Source: Methanobacteriota archaeon
GTDB lineage: Archaea > Thermoplasmatota > Poseidoniia > Poseidoniales > Poseidoniaceae
Direction of reading: 5' to 3'
Assembly (NCBI GenBank): GCA_018691345.1
Contig: JABGTJ010000039.1
Coordinates: 33,074 to 97,073, forward strand
DNA: 64,000 nucleotides
The notes under the pieces were generated by a model, which did no database searches, was not told the origin of the DNA, and saw only the letters and a list, made by a program, of their open reading frames with translations. Shown one piece after another: positions 15,301-24,786 of the stretch (positions within the stretch are counted from its first letter, which is position 1; each line of letters begins with the position of its first letter). Both the position numbers and the translations under genes were made by a program.

Positions 15301-16585
15301 GAGAAGATGCACCCGGAGTGAATTGGAATGCTCGAATCCCCCATCCTTCAACTGAATGCCCTGTTGAGGACCATGGTCCAGCCCAGTTGCTGTTGGTGTC
15401 TGTTGGTTGAACACGGCAAAAAGAACCAGAAGAGCACGTTGGCGTCAAGTCCAAGTTCGAGAAACCGTAGATGCCTTGGTCTGAATCAAGAACTGCTGCA
15501 ATTGAAAAGTTCGCAAAGATTTGCCCCATCGTTCTTCCAATTTTTCCGCTTTGGCCGCTCACTGGTGAGATGGCCAGATTTTCAACACCAAGTCCACCGG
15601 TTGCTGAATCCTGGACCAACTGACGAACAGCAGGTCCACCGCCAAGGTGGTCGGCAAGATACATCGTAAAGATGAATCCAGCACCATAGTCTGCGAACCG
15701 TTGATTCCACCATCGAACCGAAAGTTCGGAGGATTGAGTCCACTGGTTAAGGTGGCTTACAAGCGTCGAATCTGCTCCAAAGCAGAGGTAAATTGCGACA
15801 TCAGCGTTACCTTCATCAATCCAGAGATTTTCATATGGGTCTTGAGCATTGTGCAGAAGGTGCTCAAGTTCGTGAGCAAGAATGGATTTACCCCATGAGA
15901 GCGTAACATCTGCGTAATCAACATAGACAGCTTCACGGGCATTGGAGAGTGAAGGAGCAAAGTAACCACCGATGTTGTAGGCGCCATCGATATCGTAAAT
16001 GATGATTTGAACTTGACAATTATTGTCAACATCGGGCGGAGCAAGTCCTCGACCGTCTTGGTAGTCTTTACCGTAGTAAGTGGTCATTGTTGGGTAAATG
16101 GTTTGGTCCCATGAAGAAGCAAGATTGTTGAGAACGGTCGAACTCAAAGTTCGACCAGATTGCACCAGGAACGCTACAGTGGTTGTAGTCTTGGCGACGT
16201 ATGTATCAATGGAACCACCAGAAGTAGGGACCGTCAATTGGTCGTTGACGATGTGAGGGTTACACGCCCTTCCTGCGGCTCGTCCAGAAGTGACTGGCTC
16301 ATATGACATCTCCTCGACTCCAGGTCGACCGGCGTCGATCCATTCCTGTTTGAGGAACGAAAACGCAGATACAACCGGTTGCTCTTCTTCAATCATAAGA
16401 TATTGGTCGCCCATTTCCAGTTCGAAATCAGCCACATCACCGATGACTACGCCACCTGCATCGTAGGGCAGCACCTCGTATGTATCCTCTGATTCGGCAC
16501 TAACGGTTAGAAGAAGAGGAGAGATGCCTGACGCAAAAAGCAGCAGCACTAGGAGCATGGCGGTATTGGAGCGTAGTTCCGACAT
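12383..16585 (-). CDS. Large secreted zinc metallopeptidase (M30-like gluzincin) with multiple PKD domains and a C-terminal membrane anchor
   Basis: Signal peptide; AHELEH...WIDEGNA; repeated WNFGDG/WNWGDG/WDFGDG PKD motifs; C-terminal TM helix. Confidence 0.85.
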   Translation of the reverse strand: MSELRSNTAMLLVLLLFASGISPLLLTVSAESEDTYEVLPYDAGGVVIGDVADFELEMGDQYLMIEEEQPVVSAFSFLKQEWIDAGRPGVEEMSYEPVTSGRAAGRACNPHIVNDQLTVPTSGGSIDTYVAKTTTTVAFLVQSGRTLSSTVLNNLASSWDQTIYPTMTTYYGKDYQDGRGLAPPDVDNNCQVQIIIYDIDGAYNIGGYFAPSLSNAREAVYVDYADVTLSWGKSILAHELEHLLHNAQDPYENLWIDEGNADVAIYLCFGADSTLVSHLNQWTQSSELSVRWWNQRFADYGAGFIFTMYLADHLGGGPAVRQLVQDSATGGLGVENLAISPVSGQSGKIGRTMGQIFANFSIAAVLDSDQGIYGFSNLDLTPTCSSGSFCRVQPTDTNSNWAGPWSSTGHSVEGWGIRAFQFTPGASSPAPLTMRLTADVSQFDGVVVSKATADGLWSVTDLDFQSNVATALIPGFGNLTNEVWAITWYASTVADCDYTSCGPSYPQGTVDIEAARITSPATLTLNNTVLSDRDGDGASDTAQINYQVFSNAFFEDLDVTTKVLDSSGIVIDTQTKRVSAGGGVPTEESIWFTAPKNSQFTFEMEMTDMIGTTVDTLSTSPQILDNMKPTANGTVAPNESQTWENIQFTGDGFDAWGLSFDNNSLPYSDSPVAYAWNFGDGTTSGLKSPLRSYEDIGLYNATLRVEDQGGSWSDVDVLQLNITDISPPVPLITVNGVVIENQVSILTEQLILFSASLTSDNVPTQNLTFEWNWGDGVIDSGIGLFQAPHEWGDINGVNATYDLTLTVSDGINLGVKSIEVIVNNRIPYQIFSDNLSTSTYNSIVMPDVFKDDDGSIVSYAWFFPEGVNLGVGVSDRNDDFTQTTSSQSNPMPSWDTPGIKSAELTVTDDDGSSVSTALSILVLNQIPVADFVVKTTSSGTALIDFRVEDGQVETPYTFDGRDSFDPDGTVGDSSDLTYNWSFSDDGTFGSSPQVTHTFSLPGTHTVVLVVTDEAGAESIARVLTVEIANPLPIISVRILDAWYNEEQMTDSSSLPEVTDLDWSRTFNEADETFAAPHALLYFDSDGTRDGDQTFEGKYVPLDTNSPNWNGIVQYTWDFGDGSPLNSEPTPWHSYSLPGEYTVSLTVRDAFGTGDVSRSLFTVVVDHPPIIHDIFIQEEIIVTDSYSISANISDIESDLAIAVYRDTNVNDGSISDRDETLSPELVIRWDLDIEVDANENGDPADDWIDPIAGSESRVSGSWDEVGLYTIRLEVCDSVGICDRMDLEIEVSPEPSDPPSLSDFSVEDWKSWLTDAGSDLATLVALISVALILGWLVMREPSDLEDEAKQAAEAYTDVEHVESQGGLLGMDHHTPPPAPGILSKDERRSDDSGYIRPLRRRS

Positions 16586-16672
16586 TTATGGCACCTCAAA
16601 GAACAGCAAGACTGCTAACATCTACACCAGTCGAAAAGAGGTATTTAAGAGTGGGTCTATGAGGCTTCATTC

Positions 16673-17947
16673 ATGCTCATGCGCAAACCGACGGTTTTGA
16701 CAGCCAGTTGGAGAAAACAAACAATTGCAACACTCCTCATTCTGTGTGTATGCAGTGTCCCATTTACCGCTCAAGCAGACAAGGTATATTCACCCTACCA
16801 ACCCGTAGAAATGTGTGAATACGTCGATGATTTGACGTTCAATGGAACCTTAGCGAACCAATCGGTTCAGTGGCAGTCAAGTCTCGGGCCTCGAACAATC
16901 GGCTCTGAAGCCGCTGCAATATTCCGTTCATCGGTTGAAGAAAATCTGACTGAATGGAACCAAGAAAACTTGCCACAATGGAACGTAAGCATGCATGAAT
17001 ACACTGTTCAAAACCTTACCTTCACCAACATACAAGCATCATTGAGGCCAGCCAACTACAGCGAGACTACGCCAAGAATTGTCTTGGTCGCCCACTACGA
17101 CAGCAGAGATGCCGCTGAACGAGACCCTGATCTGAATCGCACAGGCGAACCAATTATCGGCGCCAACGACGGAGCCAGTGGCGCTGCAGCACTCCTCGAA
17201 TTAGCTCGAATCATTCCGCCAATGCAACTTGAATATGAGGTCGAATTGTTGTGGACCGATGCAGAGGACAAGAACCACACACCTCACACCTTCTTTGGTG
17301 CTGACGCTTGGGGTGCAGACCAAACCCAAGTTGACATCAACCGTACCGATGCATACATCGTTCTGGACATGATTGGCGATGCTGACCTTCAATTGACCCA
17401 CATCTGGCCTGGAAATGGTTCGCTGTGGAGCACCATAACCCCACTCGCACAGTCACTCGGTATGGTCGAAAATCATCCCGATTGTAAGGGAACCCCCGGC
17501 GTAAAGATTCTTGACATGAACACCTCATTCGGGGTATCTGATGACCACCTCGCTGCACTTGCGATTGGCATCCCAGCTATCGATCTTATCGATATTCGAT
17601 TCGGACCAAATGCTACTGCGTTCGGAGGATACTGGCACACCCATGAAGACACACCAGACAAAGTGAGTGCAGAATCGCTGCAAACGGTGGGAAGATTAGT
17701 GGAATTAGGGCTCAAAAGCAACGCTTGGATTTGGAACTCTTCGATTCGCCAAAGTGCCGAAGAAACACAAGAACCGGAAGCGGAGTCGGAGACTGAAGAT
17801 GAACTCAATGAGGTCAATGAGGTCAAGGATGACAAACTGGAGTCGAAATCATACCCGTTCTTGGCTTTCATCGGTGGCTCTTCGGTGGCGATTTTACTTG
17901 TGGGCATCCTGGCTTTAAATTGGAAAATTAGAAAAACAGTGAAGTGA
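16673..17947 (+). CDS. M28-family peptidase / glutaminyl cyclase-like, exported and membrane-anchored
   Basis: AHYDSR, GANDGASG, DAED, LDMIGD, DDH and WHTHEDT motifs; signal peptide and C-terminal TM. Confidence 0.88.
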   Translation: MLMRKPTVLTASWRKQTIATLLILCVCSVPFTAQADKVYSPYQPVEMCEYVDDLTFNGTLANQSVQWQSSLGPRTIGSEAAAIFRSSVEENLTEWNQENLPQWNVSMHEYTVQNLTFTNIQASLRPANYSETTPRIVLVAHYDSRDAAERDPDLNRTGEPIIGANDGASGAAALLELARIIPPMQLEYEVELLWTDAEDKNHTPHTFFGADAWGADQTQVDINRTDAYIVLDMIGDADLQLTHIWPGNGSLWSTITPLAQSLGMVENHPDCKGTPGVKILDMNTSFGVSDDHLAALAIGIPAIDLIDIRFGPNATAFGGYWHTHEDTPDKVSAESLQTVGRLVELGLKSNAWIWNSSIRQSAEETQEPEAESETEDELNEVNEVKDDKLESKSYPFLAFIGGSSVAILLVGILALNWKIRKTVK

Positions 17948-17995
17948 ATTGGCGCGGCCAATGAAGGGAAGGGTATTATCCGCGCATGAACTGAC

Positions 17996-18898
17996 ATGGA
18001 CAAGGCGGAGGTGAGTACTGTGGATGAAACTGAGATGGAAGAACGGCGCGCAGCCCTGCGCTCCCGCGTTCAATCGCAACTCGAAGCATCACAGGCTGCA
18101 ACCGAATCTCGGAAGCAAGCAGTAAGTGAAGAGTTGATTGTTGAATCATCTGAACTTGAACGAGCAGTGGAAAAAGCGACCGTGTTGTTTCAAGAAAAAA
18201 TCGATGAACTCGATCACTCTGACCGTTCAAGAATTCTTACACTTGCAGCCTCATTAATTTTGATTGGAAGTATTTTCGGCATGGCAACCGGTGCGTTAAT
18301 TCTCAACGGTAACCCAGATGAATTATTGAACTCCACGCTCTTTGAAACAACGGATACGGTGGATGTGACTGGATTAGCAGTCGAGGCTGTAGAAGGAAAC
18401 GGCGTTGAAAATGTAACGATACAATTGCTTCGCTTTGGAACCGAGGAGATAATAGGGGATACTTTGACGGATGATTACGGTTATTTTAGTTTCAAAAATG
18501 TACTCACTCAACCCACCACAATGAAAGTCATTGCAAACGGGTACGTCACAGTCGAGCGTGATTTCGTTCCAGAAGAAGCGGGTGTCCGGCCCATCACAAT
18601 GACGCCTGGAGACGGAGTACGGTACGAAAACCACATCGCAAACAACGACGGTTGGACTTTAGAATCAGCAGTTGGGCTTTCAACAGCCATAGGTGTGATT
18701 ACCGTGATTACGGCTTTTATTGGCTTCCAAGCTGCGGTTGAAGTTCGACGAGCAAAACACTACCGAAGAACACAGTACTTAGCAGGCATTTCTCTTTTCA
18801 GTCGCGGCCTCATTGTTTTTGGACCACTCCTTATCTTGATTGGAATGATTATGCTGGTCATCGCCAAGGAACAATTTAGCGATGTTGGTGATGATTGA
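17996..18898 (+). CDS. Membrane protein with carboxypeptidase-regulatory-like (transthyretin-like) domain
   Basis: Coiled N-terminus, TM, beta-domain with TDDYGYFSF...GY motif, two further TMs. Confidence 0.65.
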   Translation: MDKAEVSTVDETEMEERRAALRSRVQSQLEASQAATESRKQAVSEELIVESSELERAVEKATVLFQEKIDELDHSDRSRILTLAASLILIGSIFGMATGALILNGNPDELLNSTLFETTDTVDVTGLAVEAVEGNGVENVTIQLLRFGTEEIIGDTLTDDYGYFSFKNVLTQPTTMKVIANGYVTVERDFVPEEAGVRPITMTPGDGVRYENHIANNDGWTLESAVGLSTAIGVITVITAFIGFQAAVEVRRAKHYRRTQYLAGISLFSRGLIVFGPLLILIGMIMLVIAKEQFSDVGDD

Positions 18899-20256
18899 TG
18901 TACCTCATCACGGTTGAAGGCGGTGACGGTTCGGGAAAAGGCGAGGCTGCTCGAATACTGCTCGAACTGGCTGCCGAATACCCATTTCCTGAAGTCCACG
19001 CCACACACGAACCGAGAAGGCACAGTGAACTAGGTAAGTTGGCGCTTACATCGGTTAAACTCGGCAACAAAACTCCGCTCGAAGAAGCAGGCCTCTTTGC
19101 CGCAGATCGACTCGACCATTCCCACACGTGGATTCGGCCATTGTTGCAAAAAGGAGATATTGTCATCTCCGACAGAAACATCCACTCCTCACTCATTTAC
19201 CAAGGAATTGTTGGTGACCTCGGTGTCGAACAGGTGGCTAAAATGAATGCTGCTGCAATGATTCCAGACCTCGTGCTCTGGATTGATTGTGACCCGGACA
19301 AAGCAATGAAGCGAATTGAATCCGGAACTTTGAGAATGAACAGTGAAAAGCAAGAATACTTCGAAACTGCTGAGATTCAACGTACGATTCGCAAAGGATT
19401 CATCGATTTACTTTCAGGAGACATCAAAGCACCTTCACCATTTGACAAATGCAATGTTGTTGGCCCGATTTTGAATGAAGGTGGATTGGATGAACTGAAA
19501 AAGAAATTACGTAAGGAACTGCGTGCATTTTTCAATCGAAAACCAGCACCTTTGAACGTCGTCGCAGATGAAGTGGACCGATACCTCCTTCGAACACTGG
19601 TTGCCGATGTCAAAAAACAGACTCGCCTCCCAGGTGCACCTCAAGAAAAAACGGGAATCCACATTGGATGGTTGTCTGGACGTTCGCCTGCTGAATGGAT
19701 GAAGTATGCCGAAGAAAAATGGGATTCAGAGCATGCAGGTGGTTTTGATGTGCCTGCAGCTCCTCACGCCCACTCATGTTGGTCGGTTCTTGGAACACTT
19801 TCCCTAATTGTGGGCTCGTGTGAAGTCCCTCGTCTTCACAAGGCCTTTGGACCTCATCGAATGGTAACACAACGCCATACTCAACGCCTCATCAAGTGGC
19901 TTGAAAAAACACGATGGATTCACAAACAGCAATCACACGTCCCGTTTGCAGAAGCTCAAGTCTTCAAACTCCGCGACAGCCGTTTGGGATATGGCAGGCT
20001 TGCCCTGGCGATGTGGCCATTACGCTCCAACCTTGCCTCTTGGAGAAGAGCTAACCCCGATGCCGACTGGGAAACTGCATTGCGTTCACTGCTCGTTCCA
20101 GAAGAAGGAAGGCAACCTCGACCGTCGATACGCAAGGCAATCGAACACATCTGCAAACGATTGGAGATGTTAAGCAGCGGCCATGAAAACTGCCCGGTTC
20201 CAACTACCATCGAGGAGATTTTGGCATGGTGGGAAACTCCACCTCCAAAGCCGTGA
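18895..20256 (+). CDS. tmk: Thymidylate kinase with long C-terminal extension
   Basis: EGGDGSGK P-loop, THEP, LFAADR, SDR, SSLIYQG and PDLVLWID motifs in the first ~210 aa. Confidence 0.85.
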   Translation: MMYLITVEGGDGSGKGEAARILLELAAEYPFPEVHATHEPRRHSELGKLALTSVKLGNKTPLEEAGLFAADRLDHSHTWIRPLLQKGDIVISDRNIHSSLIYQGIVGDLGVEQVAKMNAAAMIPDLVLWIDCDPDKAMKRIESGTLRMNSEKQEYFETAEIQRTIRKGFIDLLSGDIKAPSPFDKCNVVGPILNEGGLDELKKKLRKELRAFFNRKPAPLNVVADEVDRYLLRTLVADVKKQTRLPGAPQEKTGIHIGWLSGRSPAEWMKYAEEKWDSEHAGGFDVPAAPHAHSCWSVLGTLSLIVGSCEVPRLHKAFGPHRMVTQRHTQRLIKWLEKTRWIHKQQSHVPFAEAQVFKLRDSRLGYGRLALAMWPLRSNLASWRRANPDADWETALRSLLVPEEGRQPRPSIRKAIEHICKRLEMLSSGHENCPVPTTIEEILAWWETPPPKP

Positions 20257-21018
20257 TCACTCTTCTTCTTTTTGAAGTTCAAACTTAGCGTTGGCTGGCA
20301 AAATTACTTCACTTGCATTCTTGAAGAATGTCGGGCGAGCAGAGTATGCAGCAGCGGTCAAAATTGCAATTCCAAACCCGAACGGCGCACCCGTCAATGG
20401 CCGAGTGAAATTATTTGATTCATATCCTGAGAGCAATTGTGTAAAGCCATCAATCAACAAAGGGAGACAGAGTAGACTTCCCAAACCAATCCAAGCCAAG
20501 GTTCTGCGATTATTTCTATAGATTCCTTCAAGCCAAGAATCCGGAAGTAGAGAAAGGCATGAATCCCGCACGGTCCATCGATTGTAGCCAAACCTTGAAT
20601 ACACTAAACCACCCATTGCAAGACCAAAGAAAATACCGACGTCACGGGTACAGACTGGCATCTGATTCTCATTGAGCACCCATGACCTTTCGTGTTTGTT
20701 GTGGCAATTGAGATCTCCAAACATGTAGATGAATCCACTGTAAGGGTCAAGTTCTGTCCAAGCAAACGGCTCGTGCAGATGAATCGAGCCATCCTCGTGG
20801 ACATGCCTCAAACCATCTTGTGAATTACCACCAGAGAAAGCACCGTCTGCGGTTGCATAATCAAGTGCGTTTGCACGTGCACCAAGTTCAGGGACACTAC
20901 CTGTCGGTAGGAGAAAAGGAGTAAGGAAAAAAGAAACGAAGAAAAAAGTGCTGACACCGAACACCCACAAACCTACCTTCCGCTCTCTGTGACGGTCTGC
21001 CAAACCGTTTTTCTCCAT
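20257..21018 (-). CDS. DUF2085-family membrane protein
   Basis: CH..ERS...QMPVCTRDVGI and DGFTQL...ESNN..R.LTG motifs; multiple TMs. Start taken at MEKNG. Confidence 0.8.
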   Translation of the reverse strand: MEKNGLADRHRERKVGLWVFGVSTFFFVSFFLTPFLLPTGSVPELGARANALDYATADGAFSGGNSQDGLRHVHEDGSIHLHEPFAWTELDPYSGFIYMFGDLNCHNKHERSWVLNENQMPVCTRDVGIFFGLAMGGLVYSRFGYNRWTVRDSCLSLLPDSWLEGIYRNNRRTLAWIGLGSLLCLPLLIDGFTQLLSGYESNNFTRPLTGAPFGFGIAILTAAAYSARPTFFKNASEVILPANAKFELQKEEE

Positions 21019-21736
21019 GATATCAACGCAATGGCTCACAACTCATGAAGTTTGGCTCGGACAAATGCGAGTATTGATGAGCAGTGCCAGCCTCGATGAG
21101 AACATGACCGCGAAGGAGGGTGAACCGGTTGGCTTGGGAACTGGATTGCAAGCCGGGGCATTTATGGGGCTCTATCTCGGATTCAGTTTATCGGTTGTAT
21201 CCGTGCTGACCGACCCCAGTCAACTGCAACGACTGGTAACCCTCATGTGCATACCACCTATGCTTGGAGCGATAATTTTGGGACCTTTCCTTGGACGAAG
21301 AAGGCGCCCGGTATTCCTCGGTAGTAAGCCGCTTCAAGTTGCGCGTGAACTGTTGAATCCATACAACGAAGGTCGAGGACACTGGCGGGTATTAAGCCAC
21401 GTCAAAAGCGATGGAATGTCCATACGAATCGACATGCACAACCTCACCAACATCGTCGGAGTCGTCGACGCAGCTCTGGAACTTGCAGACCATCACACGG
21501 TACGATTCATCGTCGGTCAAGGAGTGGCAAACAGTCGCCAGCCTGAACTTCGTGCAAAGGTACTCAATAGAATCGAAGATAAAGTGAACATATCGCGCAG
21601 AAAACGGAGCGCCAAATCCATAGAAGTTTCACCAGAGCCGACGGTAAAATATGTTGACCAACAGAGGAAAATCAACCGTGCAATTTTGATACTTTTACCT
21701 ATCTTTTCGTTCTTCGCTTGGCTTGAAATGCGTTAA
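21017..21736 (+). CDS. Membrane protein with Smr-like cytoplasmic domain
   Basis: Two N-terminal TMs and one C-terminal TM; RIDMHNL...VRFIVGQG..S...LRAKV resembles the Smr LDLHG...IxGxG pattern. True start is probably downstream (about 21077-21104). Confidence 0.55.
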   Translation: MISTQWLTTHEVWLGQMRVLMSSASLDENMTAKEGEPVGLGTGLQAGAFMGLYLGFSLSVVSVLTDPSQLQRLVTLMCIPPMLGAIILGPFLGRRRRPVFLGSKPLQVARELLNPYNEGRGHWRVLSHVKSDGMSIRIDMHNLTNIVGVVDAALELADHHTVRFIVGQGVANSRQPELRAKVLNRIEDKVNISRRKRSAKSIEVSPEPTVKYVDQQRKINRAILILLPIFSFFAWLEMR

Positions 21737-21774
21737 CTGGCCGGGATATTACTTATATCATCGAGCAAAGTAGA

Positions 21775-22707
21775 ATGTTTATGCGCGAGGTTACATTCTT
21801 TTGGAAGTTTAATCGTATCGAACATTTAGATATCGGTTTAGTCGTCAAAATCTTCCGCCGAATCGAATTTTTATCCTATGTCAAAAGAGTCCCAAAAGAT
21901 GTTCGCTGCCTCATGAAATGCCACTTTGCAGATGGAAAAGGACCTGAAGATATTTCTGACTTGTACTTCGTTGATTATCTGGAGACCATTGTGAAGCCTG
22001 ATGCTCCTGACGAACCGTACATTCTCATGCTACGATTCAATCACTCTCTAACGAATTTGAATGCACGAACCAACGGAACAAGCGCTGTTCCTAACGAATG
22101 TTATCTTGACGGAGAAGGACTCCGATACACGCTTCAAGGACCTAAGTTGAAACTACGCCTAATTTCAGGCTTAGCGCGAATGATAGCGAAACCTGACCGC
22201 GTGAGCGCACGTAGCATCCATACATCACTCAGCAACCAAAACGGGGGATTATCATCAAAACAAATGAAATTTGCCAAATTTGCATACGATCAAGGGTATT
22301 TTGAAATTCCAAAAAGAACGCGGATTTCTGATTTAGCCGATGAATTGGGACTTGCTCGGGCAACGGTATCCGAACACATGGCCAAAATTGAATCAACGGT
22401 CATGGATGATATGTTTTCATCGTTGAACAATGTCTATCTTTCTCCCGAATCCATCCGTCAATGCATCGAAACGATGGTCATCGATGCTCGAGATATTGGT
22501 TTTTCTGACACAGATGGTTTTCGCGAAATGATGAGCTTAATGCGTACGAATCTTGAAGATGAACTTACAGCTCAAGAATTGTACCTCCAAAAACGACACG
22601 GTAGCGATGATGAGCTCATTCAAGCGAGCATGGATGAACATCGCCAAAACCTCACTCATATCGATGAAATACTCAGGTCGAAAGAGTTCCAAACTGCAAC
22701 CATTTGA
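21775..22707 (+). CDS. HTH-10 (bacterio-opsin activator-type HTH) transcriptional regulator
   Basis: LSSKQ...AYDQGYFEIPKRTRISDLADELGLARATVSEHMAKIE matches the archaeal HTH_10 pattern. Confidence 0.85.
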   Translation: MFMREVTFFWKFNRIEHLDIGLVVKIFRRIEFLSYVKRVPKDVRCLMKCHFADGKGPEDISDLYFVDYLETIVKPDAPDEPYILMLRFNHSLTNLNARTNGTSAVPNECYLDGEGLRYTLQGPKLKLRLISGLARMIAKPDRVSARSIHTSLSNQNGGLSSKQMKFAKFAYDQGYFEIPKRTRISDLADELGLARATVSEHMAKIESTVMDDMFSSLNNVYLSPESIRQCIETMVIDARDIGFSDTDGFREMMSLMRTNLEDELTAQELYLQKRHGSDDELIQASMDEHRQNLTHIDEILRSKEFQTATI

Positions 22708-22755
22708 GATGTATCAAGCCCATCCTTTACATGGGCCGGGGATTTTAACACATCC

Positions 22756-23742
22756 ATGACGGACATGTCTGCCCTGCTACGGCGCCTCGAAAAGGGCGGA
22801 ATCGAAGTTCCAGCGCACGTCTACAAAGCCATGCTTGAAGTCGATGTTGCCGACTTTACAGACTATGATGTCGAGCCGTTTTTTGCTGACCGCCCGATTC
22901 CATTCCTTGAAACTGATGAAGGTGGCGTGAAGACCATTTCAGCACCGCACATGATTGCTACTTTATTGCACCATCTGGAATTATCAGAAGGGCAAGAGGT
23001 CGTGGTTCTCGGCGCAAAAGGAGGCTATATCGCAGCATTGGTTGCCATGATTGTTGGTGAGTACGGTAGAGTCCGCTTGCTTGACCCCTCGCAATTGGCT
23101 ATCGAGCACGTCCAATCTCGACTCACGCATTGGCCAACCGTTGAATCTCGAGTCTTGGAAGCGGTTGAAGTCGCGCCTGTTGCATTCCCTGGAGAATTGA
23201 ACCGCGTGTTGATCACCGGACAAATTCGTCAGTTACCAGAATGGCTCTCTTCTCGAATTGTCGATGGAGGATTTGCTCTTGCTCCGCTTGGTAACACTGC
23301 AGGACAACATTTGATGAAAGTCGAACGCCAGGGCGATGAGATGTTCTCAACAGACTTAGGACCGGTATCCTTTGGCCCTATTGATGTAAAGGATACTGAA
23401 ACTGGCCCGATGAACCCCTATGAACTGGCAGATTTACTCGAATTAACGCTCGAGACATGTGAAGAACTCGACATGGCTGATGAAGACGAGCGCATTGCTC
23501 TGCAAGACTTGATTGTCGAACTGCGCCTACTTCCCGCAGATTTACCCCCTCCGGGCGAAGGCGGCACCTCAATGGGTGAACACCCTATGTTTCAGTTGAT
23601 GTGGGAGGCTGCTCCTTCTTTCCTGCGCCTTTGGCCAATGGTGCAATTGATGTTGCGTCCAAACCTTGCTCAACCCGGTGCAGAAGATTGGAATGGAGAC
23701 GATGACGATGAGAGTCACCATTTTGACGAGTTTAAGCGCTAG
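22756..23742 (+). CDS. pcm: Protein-L-isoaspartate O-methyltransferase-like protein
   Basis: TISAPHM motif; divergent SAM motif VVLGAKGGY; acidic C-terminal extension. Confidence 0.7.
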   Translation: MTDMSALLRRLEKGGIEVPAHVYKAMLEVDVADFTDYDVEPFFADRPIPFLETDEGGVKTISAPHMIATLLHHLELSEGQEVVVLGAKGGYIAALVAMIVGEYGRVRLLDPSQLAIEHVQSRLTHWPTVESRVLEAVEVAPVAFPGELNRVLITGQIRQLPEWLSSRIVDGGFALAPLGNTAGQHLMKVERQGDEMFSTDLGPVSFGPIDVKDTETGPMNPYELADLLELTLETCEELDMADEDERIALQDLIVELRLLPADLPPPGEGGTSMGEHPMFQLMWEAAPSFLRLWPMVQLMLRPNLAQPGAEDWNGDDDDESHHFDEFKR

Positions 23743-23784
23743 AGTGATGCACACCCCTATGAGTCACCGTCTACACGGTGCTTC

Positions 23785-24786
23785 ATGGCACGGGGTGGTC
23801 TGGACAGCGAAATCGCTCGCTTGAAGCACAGAGATGTGCGCCATCGAAGACGCGCTATACGGGTCTTGTTTGATACCGATATCCCTCGCGCACTGGAAGG
23901 ATTTGTCCCTCTGCTCAACGACAAGGATCCTTGGTTTCGCTCAAAAGCTCTTGAAGCCCATCGAAAGTGGGCCCCAAAACAAGGCATTGACTCGTTGCGA
24001 ACTCTAGCAACTCACACCTGGCTTGATGCTCGAAGGTGTGCTGCGAATCTGCTCGGTGATTTCTCTCAAGACACCACTGAAATCGCTCTCTTGCTGATTG
24101 AAGACGACGACTTAACATGCACCAGAAAGGCCGCTGAAGCTCTACTCAAAGGCGAGCAATCCATCAAGTATTCTTCCGAATTTCAATCTCATTCCGACAG
24201 TGCAATACGGCGTTTAGCTGTCTTGAGTAAAAGCGCTAATGCTGAGCACCGAACCGCTGCTTTGGCCGACGAATCAAACAGCGTCAGTGAAGCGGCCATA
24301 CAAGCCGTAGTTGACAACGGTGAAACACTTACTGAAGACAGCATGAAGAAAATCCTCAAGCGTGGTCTCAGCACCAAACCATTGCTTTCTTCTGCTGTTC
24401 AAAACGCTGGAGAGGTCTTGGTTGAAATCGCTGCGAATGCTGATGGTCAAACGATGAAAACACTGGTGAAAGAACTGCGTAGTCAGTGTGACTCGTTGGA
24501 AGATGACGCACTCCAAGTACTGTTGAAAAATGAAATGTATGCTGTTGTTGGACGATGGATGCAGGGTAAGAAAAGTCAAGAAATCGATGCATTACGATGG
24601 AAGATCGTTCGTGACAATTCGGTCGATGTGATTGAACGTGCTCGATTACTGGAGCGTCTTATTGGCCGATGCGGTGAAGTTGAAATCGCTGAAGAAAACC
24701 GACGTTTCCTTGATGAATGCACGGATGAATTACTCCGTATTTCAGCAGAGAACCTTTCTACCGCCTCCACTGAACTGGGTCTATGA
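23785..24786 (+). CDS. HEAT-repeat protein
   Basis: Repeated L.D.D..VR..A-type helical units (LNDKDPWFRSKA, SDSAIRRLA, LADESNSVSEAA). Confidence 0.75.
   Translation: MARGGLDSEIARLKHRDVRHRRRAIRVLFDTDIPRALEGFVPLLNDKDPWFRSKALEAHRKWAPKQGIDSLRTLATHTWLDARRCAANLLGDFSQDTTEIALLLIEDDDLTCTRKAAEALLKGEQSIKYSSEFQSHSDSAIRRLAVLSKSANAEHRTAALADESNSVSEAAIQAVVDNGETLTEDSMKKILKRGLSTKPLLSSAVQNAGEVLVEIAANADGQTMKTLVKELRSQCDSLEDDALQVLLKNEMYAVVGRWMQGKKSQEIDALRWKIVRDNSVDVIERARLLERLIGRCGEVEIAEENRRFLDECTDELLRISAENLSTASTELGL

Noticed and set aside
12383-16585. DxDxDG loops in the PKD peptidase as part of the EF-hand signalling set
   Set aside because: They are extracellular, in a beta-rich context and lack helix-loop-helix flanks with E12; they are more likely structural Ca sites.
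23765-23780. CACCGT-CTAC-ACGGTG hairpin before the HEAT gene
   Set aside because: A 6-bp stem alone is within chance expectation and has no supporting context.
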